DNA of 46,788 nucleotides from a virus. Positions within the stretch are counted from its first letter, which is position 1; every line of letters begins with the position of its first letter. The translations under genes and the position numbers were made by a program. The DNA is taken from the IMG/VR virus record IMGVR_UViG_3300040801_003297; one strand, written 5' to 3'. The notes under the pieces were generated by a model. The model searched no databases. It saw nothing but the letters and a program-made list of their open reading frames with translations, and was not told the origin of the DNA. Positions 41,496 to 46,788 of this stretch are shown piece after piece.

Positions 41496-41549
41496 GATTT
41501 CGTCCTTTCTGGTTCCTGCACCGAGGCCCTTCCTCGATTGCATGAACTT

Positions 41550-41591
41550 ATTCTACTGCGATCTCACGAGTTGTACACTGTTTTTCGTGAT
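41550..41591 (-). promoter_or_regulatory. Early promoter-operator cassette, copy H
   Basis: Minus strand: TCACGAAAAACAGTGTACAACTCGTGAGATCGCAGTAGAAT. Confidence 0.65.
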
Positions 41592-41592
41592 T

Positions 41593-42078
41593 TTATTTTC
41601 CGACCGCGACGGCGGGCCACTCCATCTCGCCGAGGCCCAACGCGTCCAGCAGCATCTCGGGGTCTCGATGGTAATTGGTGAGAATGTCCCATGTGCCGAA
41701 GTGACTGGTCAGCGCCACGTGCTTGCTCGGGGAGAAGACGAAGCCCATGTACTGCGCCTCTTCACTCGCGCCCCACGTCGGGTCGTGGATCTTATTACAG
41801 CGGACGTCTAGGACCCATGCGTGCTCGACGACGATGGGTACGTCTCTGCCCGCGTAGGCCAGTCCTTCGACGTAGTGGAAGTCGGGAGACCGCATCGCCA
41901 GCTCGCCTGCGTTGACGTAGCACTCTTTCATAGGGCCTCGTTCGACGTCACACTTGACGCCTTTCCACACTCTTCCCTGAGCCGCCAGAATCGCTCTCAT
42001 TGAGCGCGAGTAGTCTATGCCTAGCTTTGCCCATTGGTCCAGCTCGTGTTGGACGTGAGCCCTTATGCCTTCTTGCAT
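41593..42078 (-). CDS. Hypothetical 161-aa protein
   Basis: ATG 42078 (MQEGIRAHVQHELDQW...) is preferred over GTG 42108; it overlaps the upstream 49-aa ORF by 16 nt. Confidence 0.55.
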   Translation of the reverse strand: MQEGIRAHVQHELDQWAKLGIDYSRSMRAILAAQGRVWKGVKCDVERGPMKECYVNAGELAMRSPDFHYVEGLAYAGRDVPIVVEHAWVLDVRCNKIHDPTWGASEEAQYMGFVFSPSKHVALTSHFGTWDILTNYHRDPEMLLDALGLGEMEWPAVAVGK

Positions 42079-42212
42079 GACGTCATCCTCACATACTCTT
42101 CGACGCACCGGTTGACTCGCTCGTTCTGCTCTCGGGCGTAGATCGCCTGAATGGCGCGTCGCTGCTCTTCTCTGCGCTTCTCAAGAAGTCGCTCTCGTTC
42201 TAAGTCTTTCAT
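42063..42212 (-). CDS. Hypothetical 49-aa charged helical protein
   Basis: ATG 42212 behind RBS AAAGGACGAGCACG (MKDLERERLLEKRREEQRRAIQ...). Confidence 0.45.
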   Translation of the reverse strand: MKDLERERLLEKRREEQRRAIQAIYAREQNERVNRCVEEYVRMTSCKKA

Positions 42213-42237
42213 CGTGCTCGTCCTTTCGGTTGGTGGT

Positions 42238-42251
42238 GGGGCCGAAGCCCC
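42238..42251 (-). other. Intercistronic UUCG-tetraloop hairpin without a U-run
   Basis: Minus strand: ggggc-ttcg-gcccc, placed between the stop at 42259 and the RBS of 42212. Confidence 0.6.
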
Positions 42252-42258
42252 GGGAGGA

Positions 42259-42489
42259 TTAGTACTCGATGTCGCCGTCGATGATGGTCGCCAGCCAGAG
42301 GTCATTCTCGGTCAGCTCTTTGGCGTGGGCCCGGGCCAGTTCTTCTGTTTCCCAGGAGCTCACCAGTCCCCAGTCAGCGCCCGCCATGATGTGGGCTTGG
42401 CTGTTGACACAGCTGTAAACTCGAAAGCGCATGACGCGTGAGTGAGGGTTGCTGCGAATGTTCTTCTCAGTAGTGCGAATGCTTTCCAT
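42259..42489 (-). CDS. Hypothetical 76-aa protein
   Basis: ATG 42489 (MESIRTTEKNIRSN...) has the best spacing to the conserved RBS. Confidence 0.55.
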   Translation of the reverse strand: MESIRTTEKNIRSNPHSRVMRFRVYSCVNSQAHIMAGADWGLVSSWETEELARAHAKELTENDLWLATIIDGDIEY

Positions 42490-42541
42490 GATCATCGTCC
42501 TTTCTGGTTTTGCTTGGGGCCTTTCCCCGTTGCATGTGATC

Positions 42542-42582
42542 ATTCTACTGCTTTTCACGAAGTTGTACACTAATTTCGCGAA
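42542..42582 (-). promoter_or_regulatory. Early promoter-operator cassette, copy I
   Basis: Minus strand: TTCGCGAAATTAGTGTACAACTTCGTGAAAAGCAGTAGAAT. It begins right after the stop of ORF 42583..42759. Confidence 0.65.
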
Positions 42583-42759
42583 TTATTTTTCGTCTTCTTT
42601 TCTCCTGTGTCGGTCAAATCTTTCTAGGCACCTCTCCGCCACATCCTTCGCTTCGTTAAGTCTATCAGACAATTCTGAGCGGAGCTGCCGATTCTCCTGC
42701 TCTTGCTGTCGTTTTTGCTTGAAGCATTTTGCGTGTTCGTCTTCGGCGTAGGTTGTCAT
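42583..42759 (-). CDS. Hypothetical 58-aa charged protein
   Basis: ATG 42759 with RBS GAGG (MTTYAEDEHAKCFKQKRQQEQENRQL...). Confidence 0.45.
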   Translation of the reverse strand: MTTYAEDEHAKCFKQKRQQEQENRQLRSELSDRLNEAKDVAERCLERFDRHRRKEDEK

Positions 42760-42769
42760 GTCGTCTACC

Positions 42770-43918
42770 TCACTTCTTCGCGGACTCGAAATCTTTCTTT
42801 GCGTTGTCTGCCGTGTCGTAGTCTTGGCGGGTGCTGTTCTCGTCAACGACGATCGGGCCTCCCTCCTGCTTCTTAATCAACTTCTCGAGCTCGACAGGGT
42901 CGCGGCCTTTTTCCTTGAACAGCTTCTCCATCTCGCTCACGCTGCGGGGCTTCTCAACGACCTGCCACGTCTTGGGCACTTTCAGGTCAGCGAACTTCTT
43001 GACCATCGTCTCCTCGCTAAATTTCCAGAGGCGACGCGTGTTCCCTTTGGCGAGACGTTTGCCTTTCACCTTCTTGCCTTCCAGCAAGCGTCTCTCGACC
43101 TCGCCTTCGACAGCGCTGATGAACGCCTTGAGCTGTGGAACCATTGCTGCTTTTTCGGCCAGTGTTTTCGACGCCATTCGTTTGATCCCCTTGAAGTCGT
43201 CAGCCGCCGCGTTAGTGGCGACCTCTTCTATCTTAGGACATAAGCTTGCGGCTGGGCACCAGCGGCAATTGTCCTCGCTCGGCACGAATCGCACGACACC
43301 TTTCTCGATGTCTTCGATCGTCTTGATGACTTCGCCCTCGAACGCTTTGATCTTTTTCAGCGGCACCTGTTGGAGGGCGAATACATTGTGCGGTGGCTGG
43401 CAGATACCGACCTCGATCGACCGGATGTCATGGATCACCTCAACGTCGCGGATCACGCCTGCCGCGTATATTGCCAGCTGCGAGTTGTTCACTGGCGAGA
43501 CTTTCTGGCCGGCGCCCGTCTTCAGGTCGATGATCTTGATGTCAGCAACCCTGGGATCGCTCAGGTCCGGCGTGATGATGACGACGTCTGCCGTGCCCCA
43601 GCAATCATCGAGCACTCGAGCCTTGTGCTCCACGAGCAGTTCTGAGTGCGGCTCGACATGCTTGTGCACGAAGTCAATGTAGGGTTTGACGATCTCGTCG
43701 ATCTGCTGGCGAGTGATCTTCACGCCGTTAAACGTCTTGCCTGCGGCCGACGCCAGTTTAAGCTTGCCGAGCAACACCTTCTCTCCGACTTCATGGAGAG
43801 CGGTACCGAGTTCTGATGCAGCCGAAGAGCTGCGGGTGAGACCCGAGACATCGATCTTCATCGACGCCGTGCACGAGAGCCATCGGCTCGAGGCACTTGG
43901 AGAATAAAATGCATGCAT
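42770..43918 (-). CDS. PD-(D/E)XK (Cas4-like) nuclease, DUF2800 family
   Basis: Start at ATG 43918 (RBS AGAGGA). N-terminus is MHAFYSPSASSRWLSCTAS, with GTADVVII...IIDLKTGAG and a C-terminal CRWCPAASLCP Cys cluster. Confidence 0.75.
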   Translation of the reverse strand: MHAFYSPSASSRWLSCTASMKIDVSGLTRSSSAASELGTALHEVGEKVLLGKLKLASAAGKTFNGVKITRQQIDEIVKPYIDFVHKHVEPHSELLVEHKARVLDDCWGTADVVIITPDLSDPRVADIKIIDLKTGAGQKVSPVNNSQLAIYAAGVIRDVEVIHDIRSIEVGICQPPHNVFALQQVPLKKIKAFEGEVIKTIEDIEKGVVRFVPSEDNCRWCPAASLCPKIEEVATNAAADDFKGIKRMASKTLAEKAAMVPQLKAFISAVEGEVERRLLEGKKVKGKRLAKGNTRRLWKFSEETMVKKFADLKVPKTWQVVEKPRSVSEMEKLFKEKGRDPVELEKLIKKQEGGPIVVDENSTRQDYDTADNAKKDFESAKK

Positions 43919-43968
43919 GGGAGAGTCCTCTAAAAGTGTGCGCCCCGGAATCCCAGGGCGCGACAGGG

Positions 43969-45801
43969 TTATGCGGCTTCGGCGATTGCCTCGTCGCACA
44001 TTTCCATGAACTCTTCGTACATGTCCTCCTCGAGTTCAGACACCTTGGCGACGTCAAACTCGCCCAGGATTTCGTTGAGCTCTTCGCGGCTGGTCGCCTT
44101 CAGAGTTTCACTGGCTTTCGCTCGTACTTTATCGAACGGCTTCTCTTCGTCGTCGGCTGAGACTTTGCGACGTGTGCGGCGAGTCGGCTTGGCCTCTTCT
44201 TCCTCTTCATCGTCTTCGGCTTTCTTGGCGGCTCGTCGACGTCGGGTTGGTTTCGGCTCATCCTCTTCCTCCTCGTCTTTCTTGGCACTACGGCGAGTGC
44301 GACGCTTGGGCTTTTCTTCCTCCTCGTCTTCGTCTTTCTTCGCGCTGCGGCGAGTACGGCGCTTCGGCGTTTCCTCTTCTTCCTCTTCGCCTTCGCCGTC
44401 GAACGGAATCTCCGCGTCTACCTCGGGCTCTTTCTTGGCTCGACGTGAGCGACGGGGTTTAGGCTTTTCTTCGGCCTCCTCTGTGGCGTCGTCCAGAAGT
44501 GTATCAATCTCATCGGCCGCGTTACGCAGCATGAGGCTCAGTCGTGTGACAAGTTCGTTTATTTCCATAGTAGGCAACTCGCTCTCTTGTAAAAGTTGGG
44601 ATGTAACACTTTGCTTCTCTAACGCCCGCTTCACCTGATACTCGTCAATCGATCCTCGGATCGTTACGATGTCAGCCTCCACGGTTCCTGTCTGCCCAAT
44701 CCGATGAGCGCGATCGGTTGCTTGGTCAATATCACCCGGCACCCAACTGCTCTCGGCGAGCAAAACTCTTTGTGCTGCGGTCAGTGTCAACCCGACACCT
44801 CCCGCGCTAATTCCTATGACGATAAGTCGGCACTCGTCCTGATTCTGAAATATCCTCTCAGCCTCCTTCTTCTTGGCGTTGGAGACGCCTCCCATAATAC
44901 CGACTACACCTAGGGATGAATACTTTTCGAGAAGCGGCTCGAGCATTTCTGCTCGGTGGTGGCCGAACACGATCAGCTTGTCGTCTCTCGTTGCGAAGTG
45001 GTGATCGATGATCTCGCATACGGCGGGGAACTTCACCATGGCGTGCAGTCGCATCACAGTGGACAACGCCTCGAACGCCACATCAGGCGCGACGTTCTTG
45101 AACTCCTCGAGGTCGTACTCTTTCTCTTCCGGCGGCAACTCCAGATCCAGTGAGAGGACGCGGTAGTGCTTGGGCGGCAATTGCTTGAGCACCTTCTTCT
45201 TGGTGAAGCGGATCATATGCGGCGCGATGATGTCTCGCAACTGATCGAGGTTTGAGGCGCCGTTGACATCGAGCCCGTAGCTGGTTTTTCTGGCGGCACA
45301 GAACCTGTGAACGAAACTGTAGTAGCCGCGGTCGTACGCGCCAATGGCATCGAGAATCGGATAGATCTCAACCGGGCGTGACGGGATCGGCGTGCCTGAC
45401 AGCAGCATCACTTTCTGGATGCACTCGATTTCAGCGATGACCGCCTTCGTGCGCTTGGCGTCGAGGTTCTTCGCGTAGTGGAACTCGTCGACAATGAACG
45501 TCTGCGCCTGAGCGACGTCGAGATCCAGATTGATCAAGAAGTGATAGCTCATAATGAAGACGTCAGCCGCTAAGAACAAATCGGCTTGATCTTTAACGAT
45601 GACCGGCTTGAGCCCACACTCGACAGCTTCGTCGAACCAGTTGTACTGCAAGAAAGCCGGGCAGACAATCGTGGCTGGTGGATCCAGTGCACGCATCGCG
45701 ACCATTGTCTTACCCAACCCCTGCTCAAGGCAGAGGAGGGTAACGTCACGCTTCCGAGCTTGGTCTATCGCGTACTGCTGGAAGCGGTACGGCTTTTTCA
45801 T
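43969..45801 (-). CDS. SNF2-family helicase with a ~200-aa repetitive charged C-terminal extension
   Basis: LEQGLGKT (motif I), IVDEFHYAKN (DExH), LLSGTPIPSRP and QATDRAHRIGQ (motif VI). The tail carries 5 repeats of an acidic run followed by KPKRRTRRSAKK. Confidence 0.85.
   Translation of the reverse strand: MKKPYRFQQYAIDQARKRDVTLLCLEQGLGKTMVAMRALDPPATIVCPAFLQYNWFDEAVECGLKPVIVKDQADLFLAADVFIMSYHFLINLDLDVAQAQTFIVDEFHYAKNLDAKRTKAVIAEIECIQKVMLLSGTPIPSRPVEIYPILDAIGAYDRGYYSFVHRFCAARKTSYGLDVNGASNLDQLRDIIAPHMIRFTKKKVLKQLPPKHYRVLSLDLELPPEEKEYDLEEFKNVAPDVAFEALSTVMRLHAMVKFPAVCEIIDHHFATRDDKLIVFGHHRAEMLEPLLEKYSSLGVVGIMGGVSNAKKKEAERIFQNQDECRLIVIGISAGGVGLTLTAAQRVLLAESSWVPGDIDQATDRAHRIGQTGTVEADIVTIRGSIDEYQVKRALEKQSVTSQLLQESELPTMEINELVTRLSLMLRNAADEIDTLLDDATEEAEEKPKPRRSRRAKKEPEVDAEIPFDGEGEEEEEETPKRRTRRSAKKDEDEEEEKPKRRTRRSAKKDEEEEDEPKPTRRRRAAKKAEDDEEEEEAKPTRRTRRKVSADDEEKPFDKVRAKASETLKATSREELNEILGEFDVAKVSELEEDMYEEFMEMCDEAIAEAA
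44143..44481 (-). repeat. Imperfect tandem coding repeats (~57-60 bp unit) in the SNF2 helicase tail
   Basis: Protein units: EEKPKPRRSRRAKKE / EETPKRRTRRSAKKDEDEEE / EKPKRRTRRSAKKDEEEEDE / PKPTRRRRAAKKAEDDEEEEE / AKPTRRTRRKVSADDEE. Confidence 0.8.
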
Positions 45802-46788
45802 ACAAAGCAGTAAGTCGAGAAGGCCGGCTGCTTAAGCGTATGACGCGTCAGCCATGTCGCGTGCACTCGTCGTAGTCCCGCAATGTCGAAGATGATCGGA
45901 TCACCGTGAAGGTTCAAGCTGGTGTTGATCAAGCACTCGTAGTTGACCATCTCCAGAAGAGCCACCATCGTCGCGTCTGTCATGACGTCGACAATCTGCG
46001 GTCGCCCGGTATAAGCCTCGCCATCCTTGAGCGCAGCGCCTGAGACTTCCTCGCCTTTCCCATGCTGAAACTCATGAGCGCAGACCATGAATCTGTCGGT
46101 GCCGATGACGCTTGTCAGTATCTTCTTGTCGAAGAGCCTGCGCGATGCGCCGTGTGTCATCACAGGAGCCATCGGCATGACCGTGTTGCGGTCGTTAAGG
46201 TCATTGATCGCCTCGACGTGCTTCATCGTGGGAGGCGCGAGAGTAGTCGTCTTGCATAACGCCCTGGGACCGAACTCCATCTCGCCTCGCATGATGTTGA
46301 CGATCTCGCCGTTGTTCAGCTTGTCGGCGATTTCCTTGATGACGTAAGGGAACTCTTTCTGCTTGAAGACTTGGAAGTTCGTCATGCCTAGCTGGTCCAT
46401 CGGTGTGATCGTGTCAGGCCTTGTGCCCCAGCACAGATCGCCGAAGCGGAAACGGCCTTTGCCGGCGTACTCACGATACGCTCCGATCGCTGCGCCTTGG
46501 TCACCAGCCAGAGGCATGACGCTGAAGCGGTCCATGTACTTGGCGATGCGGCCGTTTAGGCGGACATTGTAGAAGCAGCCACCGGCGACCATGAGGTTCG
46601 TGATCTTGTGCTTGGAAATGATGTCGAACACGTACTTCTCGAGGACAAACTGGAGGAACCAGCCCATCTCCTCACGCGTAAACTTCATCTTACGAAACGC
46701 GTTGATGAAACGCTTCTGCTTCACCTCCATGAGCCGCTCGAGGTTGATGGGATACTTCATCTCAACGTTCTCGATGTTCTCGTACTCA
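45798..46788 (-). CDS. Carbamoyltransferase (NodU/CmcH/TobZ family), C-terminal part; continues from 1..755
   Basis: MVAGGCFYNVRLNG, MPLAGDQGAAIGA, GEMEFGPRALCKTTTLAPP...MPMAPVM and SLNLHGDPI are carbamoyltransferase middle and C-domain motifs. The stop overlaps the SNF2 helicase ATG (ATGA). Confidence 0.85.
   Translation of the reverse strand, partial: EYENIENVEMKYPINLERLMEVKQKRFINAFRKMKFTREEMGWFLQFVLEKYVFDIISKHKITNLMVAGGCFYNVRLNGRIAKYMDRFSVMPLAGDQGAAIGAYREYAGKGRFRFGDLCWGTRPDTITPMDQLGMTNFQVFKQKEFPYVIKEIADKLNNGEIVNIMRGEMEFGPRALCKTTTLAPPTMKHVEAINDLNDRNTVMPMAPVMTHGASRRLFDKKILTSVIGTDRFMVCAHEFQHGKGEEVSGAALKDGEAYTGRPQIVDVMTDATMVALLEMVNYECLINTSLNLHGDPIIFDIAGLRRVHATWLTRHTLKQPAFSTYCFV
46672..46788. 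repeat. Terminal direct repeat (copy 2), identical to 1..117
   Basis: Exact 117-bp identity with the window start. Confidence 0.95.

Noticed and set aside
29602-42582. Regularly recurring ~43-bp repeats that could superficially suggest a CRISPR array
   Set aside because: Spacing is irregular (65 bp to 4.9 kb) and the intervals are protein-coding genes. The repeats carry -35/-10 promoter elements, and no cas genes are present.
42831-43682. 283-aa plus-strand ORF opposite the DUF2800 nuclease, and the 210-aa Ser-rich ORF at 44006..44638 opposite the SNF2 tail
   Set aside because: Both are antisense to motif-bearing genes. The Ser-rich ORF is simply the complement of the Glu/Lys/Arg coding repeats.

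Overview
The window is one complete, circularly closed genome (about 46.67 kb) of a GC-rich tailed dsDNA phage. Bases 1-117 recur exactly at 46672-46788, so the first and last ORF fragments are a single gene. Plus strand, 3954-28305: a VRR-NUC nuclease and lysis-like genes. These are followed by a lambda-type packaging and head module (Nu1-like TerS, GpA-like TerL, gpW, portal, ClpP-like protease/scaffold, gpD-like decoration protein, gpE-like capsid). Then come gpZ/gpU/gpV-like tail genes, a tape measure and four distal-tail or host-recognition genes. Minus strand, 28815-46788 continuing into 1-3447: early and replication genes. These include a family A DNA polymerase, a Prim-Pol/helicase fusion, an SNF2 helicase, a DUF2800-type nuclease, a DUF2815-type SSB, DUF932 and DUF2786 proteins, and many small ORFans. 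I saw no integrase, repressor, tRNA, CRISPR array or reverse transcriptase, so the phage is probably virulent. Main points of interest: (1) A T4-style deoxycytidylate-replacement module: MazG-like NTPase, Tmk-like kinase, a gp42-like hydroxymethylase carrying Asp at the ThyA Asn177 position, and a dCMP deaminase. No glycosyltransferase is present. Instead a NodU/CmcH-type carbamoyltransferase is translationally coupled into the primase/SNF2-helicase operon. This suggests a DNA hypermodification I do not know to be described, an O-carbamoylated 5-hydroxymethylpyrimidine. (2) A promoter-operator-leader cassette of about 43 bp plus leader, repeated about 10 times, with UUCG-tetraloop terminators. 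It divides the early region into small transcription units. (3) An iteron array, a 31-bp perfect inverted repeat and an AT-rich core in the divergent control region at 3.4-3.9 kb. All functional calls rest on motif recognition by eye; no database search was possible.
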